Assembly (NCBI GenBank): GCA_008632985.1
Contig: QPGO01000080.1
Coordinates: 372,001-393,839, forward strand
DNA length: 21,839 bases
Reading direction: 5' to 3'
Source of the DNA: Psammoneis japonica
Lineage: Eukaryota
Position 1 is the stretch's first letter, and each line of letters starts with the position of its first letter. The notes below the pieces were generated by a model. That model worked only from the letters and a program-made list of their open reading frames with translations, was not told the DNA's origin and searched no databases. The translations under genes were made by a program, and so were the position numbers. Of the stretch, positions 1 to 12,049 are shown one piece after another.

Positions 1-140
1 TCAGGAGTGACGCCGCCTGCTCGTGGGTTCGCCAAGTGGAAACCGCCAAATCGGCACGAGAACCACACATTTTTCTCACTTTTCCCCACTCACACAAGTG
101 GATGCTCACGCGTTGAAACGCGAATGTCTGCTGATGCACC

Positions 141-1292
141 ATGGCCACTGCCACAGCCTTTGCCGCTTGTCTTGCACATTGTGGATGCAATGCGCAGACG
201 CGTGCCTGCACAGCCCATCAAGGCTTTGCTGCTGTTGAGGACTTGGAACAGGTCCCTTTGACAGAAATTGCTGACATGACCAAGGGCATCATGAAAAGCA
301 TGGATGCCACTGCCAACCCCCAAGTCCGCTTCCCACACCTGGTGAATCGCAAGCTCAAGGCACCAGGTGCATGGATTGACCACCGCAGGGCCCAAAACCA
401 AGAGCTGGCCACTGCTCTCTTCACTGGCGACGTTGTTGGAACATGGACGGCACGTCTCATGGAACTGGAACAATTCAAGTCAGCAGACTCAGATGACAAA
501 TCGGCTGCCAAGTCGGCCATGGAGCTCAAGAATCCATGTGGCTGGCCCACCTTCCAAGAGTCACTGGAGACCAAACTGTGCAATCATCGCAGTGCCGTCA
601 CAGGCGTGCCCCTCATCTGCCTGACAAGGGAGCATGAAGACGTCACCGCCGAAATGTTGGCTGCCACCTGCACCATCATTGACGAGGACCTCATTGCCAC
701 TGCTCGACTTGCAGGAGCTCAGCACATGCAGGACAGGCAACGCCTGTGTGATCTCTTGAAGAAGTCAGTGACAGGGGGGCCCGGATGGGCTTTTGTCAAA
801 CCTTCCAATCGCAATCGCAATGGTTGCACTGCTTTCTTTGCACTTGAGAGGCAGGCAGAAGGATCGGCTGCCGCCACCACCCGAAAAAAACGTGCTGCTC
901 ATGCACAGATTGCCACTGCGGAAGCACACTGGATGGGGTCGATTCACTTTCGACCAGTGCGTTCAACGCCATCAAAAGGCTCACAACAACTTGTCTGAGC
1001 TTGATGAACCAGCAGCCGAGACCAAGAAGGTCTCTGACTTTCCAAAGGGCATCTCCGACCCCAGGTTGGAAACTGGTGAGAGTGCAGTGGACGGTGACCC
1101 GATGAAGCTCACAGATTTCGAAGCATGCCAGCAGCACATGAAGACTCTGGCAGAAAATGCAAAGAACCACAATGCTGACACTTGTGGAATCGCGTCCATC
1201 AAACGCCACAACAACCGGTGCAGAAACCCTGGCGGAAAGCGCCAACCTAAAAAGGACAAGCCCAGGATCCGGGCAGGCCATTGTCCTGTTGA
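141..1292 (+). pseudogene. gag: Ty1/copia (diatom CoDi-like) gag relic, frameshifted near 920, 3'-truncated
   Basis: ORF 141-998 continues into ORF 793-1386 after a frameshift. Motifs GVPLICLTR, GPGWAFVK..RNG..AFFAL and GRFTFDQCVQRHQKAHNNL..LDEPAAETKKVSDFPKGISDPRL match recalled diatom copia gag once C/H are read as Y. Ends abruptly at the gypsy fragment. Confidence 0.72.
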
Positions 1293-2275
1293 TCAAACCA
1301 TCCGGTTGCTGGATCAATCATTGTCAAACATTTCAGGACTGGGGATTTCTTCTTTCCCTCATGACACATTTTGTATGGTCCAATGAGATCCACACACAGT
1401 CGTTCCCATGGCACTGATTCTGCACACCCAGGAGGCAAATGTCCGCATTTCTTGTGTTTCTTTTTGAGTTTTTGGCACGTCTCACATCTCGACACGTGTT
1501 TTCGCATGTCTTCACGCAAGGTGGACCACCACAAGTGTTGTGAGATTGTTTCTTCTGTTTGATTTGTGCCAGGGTGAAGAAGGTGTGCATGACACCAATC
1601 TGTCACTGCCTTGCAACGTCTTTGGAATGACGATTTTATCCTTGTGACATGTGAGCACCTAGTCTCGCTTGCCTCCATGAAAAGTCTTTGTGTGAAATGT
1701 CTTGTTGGACAATTTGGAGAGAATGTCTTTTTCCCGTTTTTGTTCTGTGTCAAGAACTTTGCAATTTAATGGAAAGACATTGTCGCAGGATTTTGGCAGG
1801 ACCTTCTCAGCCAACTCTTCTGTGCTGAGGTTTTCCATGGGTTCTGTTTTTTTCACAGCAAGTCAGCCAATCGCATCTGTGACAACATTTGCCTTGCCCT
1901 CGAGGTGTGTCATTTCGGGACTGCACTCTTTTGTCATCAGATGCCAATGCACGACTCTGTCCGTTGTGAAATTTTTGTGTGTGAGATTTTTGTGGTCCGT
2001 GTGCACATTCATCTGTTGGCCAAACAAAGTGTTTCGGAACTCTTTTGATGTCTCCACTGTGGACAACAGCTCTTTTTCCATCACAGCACAATGTGTCTGC
2101 GCTCCATTCAGCTTGTGGCTGTAGAAGGCAATTGGTTGGTTGTTCTGTGTGACAACCACCCCCAATTGAGAATTGCTTGCATCAGCGTGTGTCTCAAAGG
2201 GTGTGTTGAAATTCGGATGTGACAACAGTGTGTCTTTAGAGACAATGAGCTTCTCATTTTTGAAGGCTTTTGCTG
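1293..2275 (-). pseudogene. pol: Ty3/gypsy pol fragment (RNase H, integrase zinc finger, start of integrase core)
   Basis: RNase H motifs PFETHADAS..QLG..PIAFYSHKL..EKELLS..VHTDHKNL..NVVTDA (ORF 1863-2450). HHCC finger H..LHPG...CETCQK and PWERLCVDLIGPY..LTMIDPATGWF (ORF 1247-1753). RH-then-IN order is gypsy-type. Contains stops and frameshifts. Confidence 0.9.
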
Positions 2276-2468
2276 GATCGAAAGCAAAGAATGGCTGGAG
2301 GTGGACAGTGTGAGTTAGAGTTGGCAGTGATTTTGGGTGGTGGGCCGAACTCAGAAAATGCAGCACTTGTGACTCAATCCACTTCAAACTTGGCAAGTTG
2401 CTGTCAATCACAGTGACAAATTTTAACATTTTACTTCCCATTGTCCACACAAATTTCCTGCTTCACAA

Positions 2469-3009
2469 TCAGTCATCACGATGGAGCGCATCGTTGACAC
2501 TGTCTTGGGCATCCTGCTTCCACTTGTCACAGTTGCCCTGAATGCCCTCCTTCCAGTTGTCGGCACTGTCTTTCCAACCCTGCTTCTTGTCATTGAACTT
2601 CTCCTTGGCTCCCTCCACAGCCTCATTGGCATCGTCCTTCCAGCCCTGTGTGGTCTCAGTCACCTGATCTTTCCAGCCCTGAGTGGCATCTTTGATTGCG
2701 TCGTTCACACCTTGCTTGGCATCGTCCAATTTGCCTTCAATCGCCTCTGTAATTCAAAGATGTCATCAAGCAGGAAGGCACATGAATTGCAAAGCTGCCG
2801 AAAAGCCAAACCACCATGTGCTGCACATGCTGCGCACCTTTTCCACATTTGGCTGCAATTTCCTTTCCAGCATCATCGATCTCATCTTTGTGCCGGTCTC
2901 CCGCCTCTTGCAAATTTCCTTTAATCTCCTTGTTTGCGTCCTCTGCCTTGTTGTTCCACTCCTCCTTCTTGGTGGCGCAGTGCGATGCGAGATCATCTCC
3001 AAAGCCCAT
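2469..3009 (-). CDS. Two-exon LEA-like / amphipathic helical-repeat hydrophilic protein (149 aa; exons 3009-2838 and 2746-2469), possibly pseudogenised
   Basis: ATG at 3009 in an AAACAAACC-ATG context. Removing GT..AG 2837-2747 joins ORFs 2737-3024 and 2469-2729 in frame (..AAKCGK-E-AIEGKLDDAKQG..). K/D/E/A/G-rich with QGWKD repeats at roughly 11-aa multiples. Confidence 0.6.
2747..2837 (-). other. Predicted 91-nt spliceosomal intron (phase 1)
   Basis: AAG|GTGCGC donor and TTACAG| acceptor. Removal restores the reading frame and the amino-acid composition on both sides. Confidence 0.6.
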
Positions 3010-5839
3010 GGTTTGTTTGTTCACAATGCACTGTGCTGTTTGGATCTAGAGTGCGTGTTGCCATGAACGGTGACAGCTGCCGCAGATGATGTCAATTTTG
3101 TGGTTGGAAGCTTCTGTGAGAACAATGATGATGTGGTCGTAAAAGATCGCGTGTCACGTGAGACTGGCTTGGAGGTGCACAAATCGTCTGTTGTCACCCG
3201 ATGCGCGCAAACGCGCAGTCGACAAAACGATGAGGTGGGTCACACGCGTAGATCTTCAACGTAAGATCTGTCACGATGTGCTGCACCCGCAAGAAATTTC
3301 ATGGATCGAAATCCACGATTTCCCTCCAACGCAACGTTTCGGCACAACACACTCAGCATCCATGTTCTGTCACACCCAACAACATTGTCACTCGCATTGA
3401 CATCAGACTGTCTCCAAAACATGCCAAGGTCACAGTTGCTTGCATGTGATAAATGCCAGTGCAACTGGAGTGATTGCGAATTGTTTTGTAAAGAGATCAG
3501 TCAGCACTGCATTGCCACCAACACCGCGCATCTGTTGTTGGGTTATTGTCAAGTTCCAGAAGGGAAAAAGCTGGGCACTGTTGCTTTGAGAGCTTCATTC
3601 ATTCGGTTGCTTGGACAGGGATTCAAGGGAAAAGGTGAAATGGTCATTGCAAGACACCATTTTTACCTCAAGTTGATGGAGAGGAGTGGAACAAAAAAAT
3701 CCGCACGACTTGCTGCCAAGGATGGAGCGCAGATCGAGTTGGATCCATTGCCTGGTGCCGGGGGTGCATTTCGAAATGTCACTGCTCCCATGGATTTGGA
3801 TGCTGCCCGCAGCATGGGCATTGTGCATGAATCCAAGCGTGTGTTGCTGGAGGAAATGACGGATGGCACCAACAAGTGTGGATGTGTCCAAGCGCCGCTT
3901 GCCTCCAGAGGGGATGTGCAGGCCATCATAAACTCGTTTTCTTCAGATCGAGTGGCTTGTGCCGTCATCAGGAAATCTGTTGAAGGCAACAACATGGAAG
4001 AAGCAACCGAGGAGGAGGTTTCATCAGCAGCCGCCGGTTGGACTGGCCCATTGGTGCCTTCTGTTGTGCAGCTCACACACAAGCTGAGTGCCTTGCACAC
4101 AGAAATGATCAACAACAGCAGTGACTCCACGGACAACAACAGTGATGAGGAGTTCATGTGCCATCCAGATGTTGTGGCTGTTGTGAAACTGTGCTGCAAG
4201 TGCTGTGACAAGAATGATTTGGTGCCACTTGGAAAAAACAAAAAGAACATTCAAGCACACTTGTGCCCGTGTTCATCTCATTGTCTCAATGAGCACACAA
4301 CAAATTGCACAATGTTTTCCCTTGTCCAAAGGAGAAAAACAGACACCGGTGACTGTGGGTCCTGTGGTGCATGCAACAAATCCGCAAAGTGTCGCAAGAT
4401 GGATTCCAAGTGTGTGGGAGAGATTCACCCATCAACCCGACATGGCTGCTGTTCTCATGAGCAACTGGAGAACAAGATGTCAAGCTTGGCAACCAACTTG
4501 AGGAAAGTTAGAAGCAGATTAAAGTCTTTGCAAAAACTCATGCACTCTGACAAGAGCCGGCTCTGCATTGGCTCAAATGATGACCGTCTGCGTGATTTGC
4601 TGTTTGACTCTGCAAAATGCTGTGAAGACAACAAGAATGATGTCCACAAAAAGATCCCAGAGTGTGTGGTCAAGCACATTGCAGAAATGGAGGGTGCACT
4701 TTTGCCATCAAAGCAGGTGGAAGCCGAGGCATCACAGATGGTGGATGAGCTGCTGGGCGCCATTTGCAACTTTGCCAAGAGAGCCGCAGGAAAACCAAAA
4801 CAATGCAGCTTCTCTCCCCGACTCATGCGGATGGCCTTGGCTTTGTGTGCTGAATCTCCAAAAGGCTGCAAACACTGGAGTGAGTCTGGAATCACACAAT
4901 GCCTTCTGTGCCACATTTGAAGCGAGTCAAGAAAGCCATGGCACCCAAGGAGGGGATGTTCCCAAACATCTGCGGATGGGCTGCAGATGCATTCACAGGT
5001 GGCTGTCACAAGAAGGTGGTTGGCCAATTTTTTTTTGATCAACTCAAGCTGAGATCTGACTTCTGCTTCAACCCAATGACCTCTGTCTGCACTGGCATTG
5101 TTGTTGCTCATGACCAAGACAGGATCCAGCTGGCTGATGAGGTTCTGGCATTGGTGAAGAAAACTGACAAGGAAATTGCCAACGTTGAGCCAGAAGACAA
5201 CCTGGTTGAGCAAGAGAGTGCCAAGGACAGTGGCAAGGAGGAGAGCACAAAAGAGGCCAGCTTCAGCATCTCTCTCTACGTCAACCAGTTTTTTTTGCGA
5301 GTCAGAGCAGCCTGACAGGTGGAACAAAATGAATGTGAACTTGGTCAAGCAAGTCCTTCACTCTGACACAATCAATGAGCTCACAAACCACCTGTCTGAG
5401 GAGCTTCAAATTTTCCACCCAGAAGCTCAGTTTGCCAGCAGTGCAGACAAGACCATGGTGCAGACTGTGACCAATTTGAAGGACCAGTTTGTGAAGATTG
5501 ATGCATCCACTGTGGCCAGCTCTCAGCTGCCTCAATTTGAGACAGCAATGTCAGACCCGTCGCACTCGTGGCAGAGGGGTGTAATTCGGGGTGTAACTTT
5601 GGGGTGTAAAAACGCGCGTCCCCTCAAAAAAAATTACAGCCAACAAATGGGCCTCCAGACGCACGCATTTTTTTCCTGTAATTTTCGTGCGAGAGCAGAC
5701 CGCATTGGCGGCAGAAAACGCGCCGCGATCCGTTTCTCATTGTGTGTCCATCTAAAGACAAAAAGAAACGACTTGTGAGTCAACGACAGACTGCAGTGTC
5801 TGCAGATGCAAAGCTTGACTGCAACGTCTGTCAAGCATC

Positions 5840-6245
5840 ATGAGTGCTGCGGCCTCCATGGAAGATTTTGATCTCTGTGTGATCATTTTGCTTCTGCAGT
5901 TTCTTCTTCTTGAAATCAACACTTTGATGTTGAATGCAAAGCAAGCCCTTGATGAGTTGATTGAGGAAGAGCAACAAAGAAACCGAACCCCTGAACGAGA
6001 GAAAGATCGTCCATCATGGAAATCTCTTTTCAAATCAACGAGCAACAGGGTGTTCCGTCGGATGTTTCGCATGAAAAAGAAATCATTCATGAAACTGTGC
6101 AATGAAGTTTGTGACAAAGTGGGAAAAGACACGTTCTTGCCAGAAGATTGCATCAATGGCACGGAGCACAAGAAGAAGACAGATGCCGCGACAGCATTCA
6201 GGGGTGGTGCAATTCCTGGAGAGATGAAAATTGCCACGGTGCTTT
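5840..6245 (+). pseudogene. 5' fragment of Harbinger/PIF transposase
   Basis: FRRMFRMKKKSFMKLC and IPGEMKIAT.L resemble the N-terminal helical region of Harbinger transposases. Similarity stops before the DDE domain. Confidence 0.62.
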
Positions 6246-6700
6246 TGTTGAAGCATGGCGGCGGCCGCACGAATCGCATCTTTGGGAGTGCGATTTTCCT
6301 GGTGCTTGCTCGTGGTGGAGTGCCAACAATTCTCAAGGTTCAAAATGACCATTGGGATCCCACCGTGCTCGTTGTTGTTCTGGAGCATGAAGACCTTGTC
6401 ATTCTTTCCATGCTTCCAAAGGCTTGGGTGCACCTCAGTGCAGTCTGTGTGTTTCCCAGTGCGAACCAAAACCTTGGCAATGGCATCCTTGCTTCTTGTT
6501 TGGTTTGTTGGAAGGTTGGGAAACCTGTTGGCCTTCTGTTGCTTGCAAAGGGCAGTCAAAAACTTCCCCATTGCAATGTGCTTTAAGGTTTTTGCTTTGC
6601 TCTTTGCATCTTGAACGCCTTCATCTTGAAGACTTGTCATCAGTGAGTGCAAAGTGGGGCACAGCTTCTTGTCTTGAGCTGCCTGGTGTGGCTCGGCCAT
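6246..6700 (-). pseudogene. 5' fragment of a convergent second ORF of the Harbinger-like element
   Basis: ATG at 6700 just inside the right TIR (MAEPHQAAQDKK..). Basic, protein-like composition. Harbingers normally carry a second gene, but no domain was recognised. Confidence 0.4.
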
Positions 6701-9700
6701 GCACGTTTTTACACCCCCAAATTGCACCCCGAATTGCACCCCAATTTCCACGAGTGCGACGGGTCTCAGACGTGATGACTCTTGAGTTTGTCACACACTT
6801 GACAAACATCTACACAGAAATGTTCATGAACAGGTTTGCATGAATCACCCCCAAGAACATTCAGAAGTGGAAGGACAAGGTGGCAGCGACACTTGAGCAC
6901 CTTCATGATTGGCGCGCAGAGCAACTGAAGGGCAAAGAGGAGCTAAAGTTGAAAGACTCTGAGTCTAAAGAGTGGCAAAAGTGGTTTCCATCAAGTCAAA
7001 CTTGCCACGCACTGCATGTGAGTGTTTGCGGTTTCATGGTTTGTGTGGAAACTGTGTGGAAGGTGGCGGGAGACAAGGTTTTCATCCCATTCTTGCACTC
7101 CAACACCAGCATTCTGGAAGCACTGTTTCCCTTGTCCGGCAACACAAAGGTGACACGCTGCTGAGTTGCCTGAGCACAACAGGAATTGTGGACTCGCAAA
7201 AGGCATTTGCAGCCTTGGATGGAAATCCGATGTGCGACAGCGAAGATGTCACCAGAGCCAAGTCAACGGGCAACGACCTCACCAATCACACAGACAAACA
7301 AAGACACGCCATGGTGAACCAATGGCTGCAGGATCGGAGTGCCAGGAACTCAACTCACACCCTGGATTTGTCCACTGGACAACAAATCAAAACAAACAAA
7401 TCAAAAGGCAGTCAAGGCGCAAAGTTGGTGCTGGACAGAATGAACACGGAAAGCAGGACATGGCATGACAACATGATGTTGAGCGACGTTGACTTCATGG
7501 AGCATGCCAAGTTGGCAGTTGGCACTGAAGAAGAACATTGCTTTCAAGCACTGTGTCGACTGAACAAAGCTGAACAAAAAGCCTTCCATGAAGCCTGTCA
7601 GTGCCTTTGGGGAGAGATGGAAAAAGGATGTGAGAAGTTTGGAAGGCGCGGAGTTGAGCGGTCCTTCATGGTTCAAGTGTGCAAATTGCAAACAGACATG
7701 GAAAGGATGGGCACTCACCATTCCAGGCTCCCAAACACTCTGCAGGCAGAAACGGCAGAAGATGGCAAGCCCAAAAAGCTGTCGGCATTCCACGTCCTGA
7801 TTGTCAACTTCTTTGCCTCTTGGTTTGCAGAAGAATTCACACAAACTCTGGACAATGCCATGGAGGATGGAATCTTCCAAGAACCCAGAAGCGTTGATGA
7901 AGCAGTCGAGAAAGCCACAGCAAAAGACAACAAGAAATGGGAAGCAATTGCCTCATCTGCAAATGCCATTTCTCAGGAGGACACAAACAAGGAGGTGACG
8001 TGGTTCCCAGGCTGGGCAACAGCGAACGCACGCAATCATTTTGAAGCAGACTCTGAGAGTGGAAAGAAAGCAGCAGCAATGCTTGATGAGATGGTGACAG
8101 ACAAAATGGAGTTGAGAAATGCAGCGCCATCCATTCAAGAAATGGTGCATCCCAAGATGCTCAAGCTCAAAGACGAGTCTCGCGGCCGCGCCGGAAAAGA
8201 GGATTGCACGTTGGTGTCCCCCAAGTTTTTTGCATTCGGGTTGTGATTGCTTGCTGCAATTCGTGGTCACTTCAATGAAGCCACAACAAAGAAGCTGGGG
8301 GAGGACAGCGCAACTGCAGCATGCAACAAACTCACAGACGAGGCCGTGGAATTGCTGTGGAATGACTTCGCAGAGTCGATTCCTGATGCAGTGTATGATG
8401 CTGCAAGCAATGATGAAGCCGTGCAGCAACTGTTCGTTTGCATTGTCCAAAAAACATTTGCAGCTCGAGCATCACGAGTGGTTGACTCGTTTCGGGAGGA
8501 ACACACAAGCAGATGTGCATCAAAAGTGGTGGATGCTGCATTGCGGGAGGGACCAAAAGTCATGGCAAAAAGGGGAAACAAAAAAGACGATGTCAGCAAA
8601 GAAGAACAAACAATGACAACAATGCACAGTTCAATCTTACCTTGCCATTCATTGTCACACATTAAGAAGCAACAAACGGCTGTCCAAACCATGCCACAGC
8701 TCATCCGCAAGAACAGCACAATGCTGCGGACGCCTGCTCACGACCACAAATGCACGATTGACGTTGGTTTTTGTCTTGTTGTGCTGCAAGCATTGTCCAT
8801 GAGCATTGTCACGTCAAGCCTTGTTGACCACCCCCTTGTGTCGACATGGAGACAAGGCTGTGCAGCCACCAGCACCAGTCAAAACCACAATGCTCTTGCC
8901 TGCCCATCCCACTGCAGCTCCCGAAGCAACATCAGCTTGTGCCAAGGACAAAAGGCATTCTCAGTGCTGGCGGCATCTTGGCTGGAGCTCAAATTGTGCG
9001 TGTGACCATGGTGGCTGAGGAGACATCCCCCAGCTGTGTGCAAGCAACTGATTGTTTTAATGCACTCAGGTGGGTGTTGTTGTTGGTGCATTGAAACATT
9101 TGCAAATGAGTGGAGCATTGTTTTCCAATCAACAGTGGTTTGATCACAAGTTGGTGACACTGCACGAAATTTGTGAAAATGTTGCCATTTTTAATGCACG
9201 TGTTCGCCTGTGGCTGGAGCATGTCAGCCATTGGGAAAAACAATCTGCTTGGGTGCCAAGTCTGATGGAATTGAGAGAGATGATTCCAAGAGCTCCTGGG
9301 TGCAGTCTTCTTTGAATTGATGATCTTTTGCACTGGGACGGTTGTTGAATTGCCCAAGGACAGATGGTGCTCCTCCATCATCTCCATCATTTCCAGATTT
9401 CATTCACAGCATGTTGGCCCCTCCAAGTGTCAAGCCCCCTGTTGCTCCAGCTGCACTGGTTTTGGCTCCAGAGGGAAACCCAACTGCACCTGGATCACCT
9501 GAAGCAAAATTGGTTGTTGACAATGATGACCATTTTCCCAAACCTCCAGACTTGCTGGGTCCTGCTTGGATGTGCTCTTGTGGAGCTGTGCACATGCCAG
9601 ATCATCATGGCAATGAAGGCAACAACCATCACAACTGTGACAGACACACCTTCAAAGGTGCTGCTTCTTTTGTTTTGAGCTCATCATGTTGGTTCAATGA

Positions 9701-9975
9701 TTCATGCAATGTTTGCTGATCTCAACTTGCACATGCATCCTCCATTGGACATTTTTGTGAGCAACAAGAAGACTCATGATCCTGATGTTTTTTTGCATCA
9801 TAGAGCAATGGCAGGACTGCATGCCAAAGAGTTAAAAAAAGCTGTGAATTCAGAGAGATCAATGATTTAATGTGACACAGCTCATTTGCTCTGACACTGT
9901 GCATGTTGGTGCCTCCTCAGGGATCATGCCAATGTTTTGACCAGCACTTGGTGGGTGCCCAAGATCAAGAGATGC

Positions 9976-10372
9976 CTTGATGGATGTGTCTCAAGAAGGC
10001 AGTGCTGCAAGTTTGCAGTGCAGGTTTTGCTGCTGGATTGTAGAGCTGCAAAGATCAAAATGATCCAGCACATGTCAAGAGTCAGCCTGGCTCTGCATTT
10101 TGACCACTGGCAGAGCACAACCCAATGATTTGGGCTCCCAAGCTGCAAACTGAGATTTTGCACTGTCCATGCTCCAGGCAGAGCACATCCCCTTGTCCAA
10201 GGTGATGTGAGTTCCACCAAAAATGAAAAAGAGCTCATCAAGGAAGTGGCTTTTTTGATGAGCATTGACAGGCTTGATGGGTGTGTCTCAAGAAGGCAGT
10301 GCAAGGTTGCAGCGCAGGTTTGCTGCTGGATTGTGAAGCTGTGAAGATCAAAATGATCCAGCATGTGCCAAG
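9976..10372 (+). repeat. Imperfect ~100-bp direct repeat (9976-10079 and 10273-10372)
   Basis: Shared CTTGATGG.TGTGTCTCAAGAAGGCAGTGC...TTTGCTGCTGGATTGT..AGCTG..AAGATCAAAATGATCCAGCA. Confidence 0.9.
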
Positions 10373-10379
10373 CTTTTGG

Positions 10380-11090
10380 AATGGATTGAGGGCTTTGTGA
10401 ACAATGCACCAGAATTCAACAATGATCCTGGTGCTTCCACACCACCACCCAGTGTGATTGTTGCACCCACAAGTGCTGATCATGGCCAAAACCTGCTCCG
10501 AGAAGCTGTGCTCTTCTTCTTCCACTTCAAGGGGCATGGGTGTGTGGTCAAGTGTGAGAGGTTTGGCTTGGCAAAATTCATGACTCTAAGGACTCTTGTG
10601 ACATTGTGGGTGACACAATTGTTGGAGAGCTGCAGAAAGAGCCGTGCAAATTACAGCTGTGCCAGATGCCAATGACAGAGAAGCTCTTGTTTGCATGAGT
10701 GCCAATGAAGGAAAATGTTTCTGCAGGCGCATTGAGAGAAAGCAGAGAGAAGAATGGGAGCAGATGGATGAACTGGTGCTGGTGCATGTGTTCCTGAAGG
10801 AGGTCATGTGGACAAGGACCATGGCCCAACAAGGCTTGGGTTTGCAGTCATTGGGGACATTGCTTTCTGCAAAACTGTCCTGGGTCAGGAAGGCACTCAT
10901 GGGTTCTGTTGGAGATTGCTTTGGCAGCAAAACAAGCAAGTCAAAGATGGATGGAACAATGTTGCTTGTGACATGAAGATGATGGAACAGATCATCAACA
11001 TTGCATCCAACATTGTTGCAAATGGGGAAACAGCCAAAATGGAAGAGGAGCTTGGCTTGAAGGAGAGGATCCATCCACCCAAATGAGAGG
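10380..11090 (+). pseudogene. Possible relic of an RNase H-fold DDE transposase (DHG / KD.Y / GD.AF..LG..C motif order)
   Basis: Across frameshifts: SADHGQNLLR (about 10472), DSKDSCDIVGDT (about 10582), VIGDIAFCKTVLGQEG..GFCW (about 10847-10912). Motif recall only; heavily decayed. Confidence 0.35.
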
Positions 11091-11469
11091 GAACATGGGG
11101 TGGACCATGGGTGTGCCAGTGAAGTGGTCAGTGGAAACACAGCTGTCAATGTCAACGCCATTTCCAACGCCATTCAACAATGGGTCAAGATGATCATCAA
11201 TGCTGACAAAGGGAACCCTTGAATGTCTGCACCCCCTGCAAAGCTGGGAGTCATGGGATGAACCCCAGCAGCCCACTCTCCAGCTTGCAATCCCAAAAAG
11301 CAGGATCCAGTGGCTGTGCTCCCCAAATGAGGAAAGAGCACACAATGTGCACCCCCCAGCACAGTTGTCAAAGGGTGCATCCACTGACATTGCTGCACCA
11401 ACAGCACAAATGTGGGGCACAGGACAAACGCTGGCAATGACATCAGGAGAACTGTCAAAGAGTGTGGAA

Positions 11470-11720
11470 GGACTGACTGCACCCCTCACAAGCACAGGTG
11501 GCATGGCAGCATGATGGATGTCCCTCACACCACAACCATGAGGTGGTGCATTGCAGCTGCAGATGGACAATTCTGGATCTCCTGGCAGCAACTTCTTCAT
11601 GACCCCACTGTTGGCTGCATTCAGACACTGTTTCTTTGATGGACAACAGTGGTGGTGGCTCCTCCATGCCTTTGAGCCACTGGAAGGGGACAAACGGCAA
11701 TCCACGATGCACTGGAAAAC
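11470..11720 (+). pseudogene. Possible 2OG-Fe(II) dioxygenase C-terminal relic
   Basis: One frame with TGA stops reads GGALQL...P...CFFDG...LLHAFEPLEGDKRQSTMHW, resembling GG.L / F..H..P / R.S..W of the double-stranded beta-helix fold. No clean HxD motif. Confidence 0.25.
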
Positions 11721-12049
11721 AAAAAATGGGTGTGTGGAAATGTTGCTCTGTTGCCAAAATAAAAAAGATGTCACAAAACAGACAAATTGTGAGTGAAATT
11801 TGCTTCCCTTTTCCAACTGAATCAAACAAAATTTTTGGAGAGCATGGGAAAAACAGAGATTGCATTTGAGAAAAAAGATTGAGCATCACCAAAAGAGAGC
11901 TTGCAGCCAGCTGAGTGGCTGGATCATGTGCAGACACATGTGGCTGGGGTGTGACAACTTGAACAATTTTGGAAAATGTGTCCTTTTCTGTTGGAGAAAC
12001 ACAAGTTGTGTTCAGGAATGGTCAATTGAAATCACACAGGAAATGGGTT

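Larger units (their letters stand above)
5554..6765. mobile_element. Internally deleted PIF/Harbinger-like DNA transposon (1212 bp) with TCA target-site duplication
   Basis: Termini GACCCGTCGCACTCGTGG / CCACGAGTGCGACGGGTC are a perfect 18-bp inverted repeat, extending imperfectly to about 60 bp with three GGGGTG(T/C)AA units. TCA at 5551-5553 and 6766-6768. Excision restores the host frame (AMS|DVMTLEF). Confidence 0.87.
3421..8610 (+). pseudogene. Large P-element/THAP9-like DDE transposase relic with internal deletion and nested insertion (3' end approximate)
   Basis: P-family-like motifs occur in order: FSPRLMRMALALCAESPKGC..MPS (about 4810-4910), FFFDQLKL (about 5030-5050), KMNVNLVKQV (about 5326-5355), TLEF..N (about 6778), SSQT..L and NTSILEALF.LVR (about 7100-7140). 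Frameshifts near 4895, 5305 and 7128; in-frame TGA at 6841 and 8244. Confidence 0.62.

Noticed and set aside
3301..4920. Cys-rich metalloprotein / multi-zinc-finger reading of the 539-aa ORF
   Set aside because: Many Cys/His are probably mutated Tyr codons. Some CxxC may be real but cannot be distinguished without a consensus.
3200..8800. Terminal inverted repeats for the P-like element
   Set aside because: No convincing inverted match found by eye between the flanks; only a short direct CCGCAAGAA.
8800..9950. Coding relic upstream of the possible DDE transposase
   Set aside because: Protein-like patches exist but no recognisable motif or consistent frame, so it was not called.
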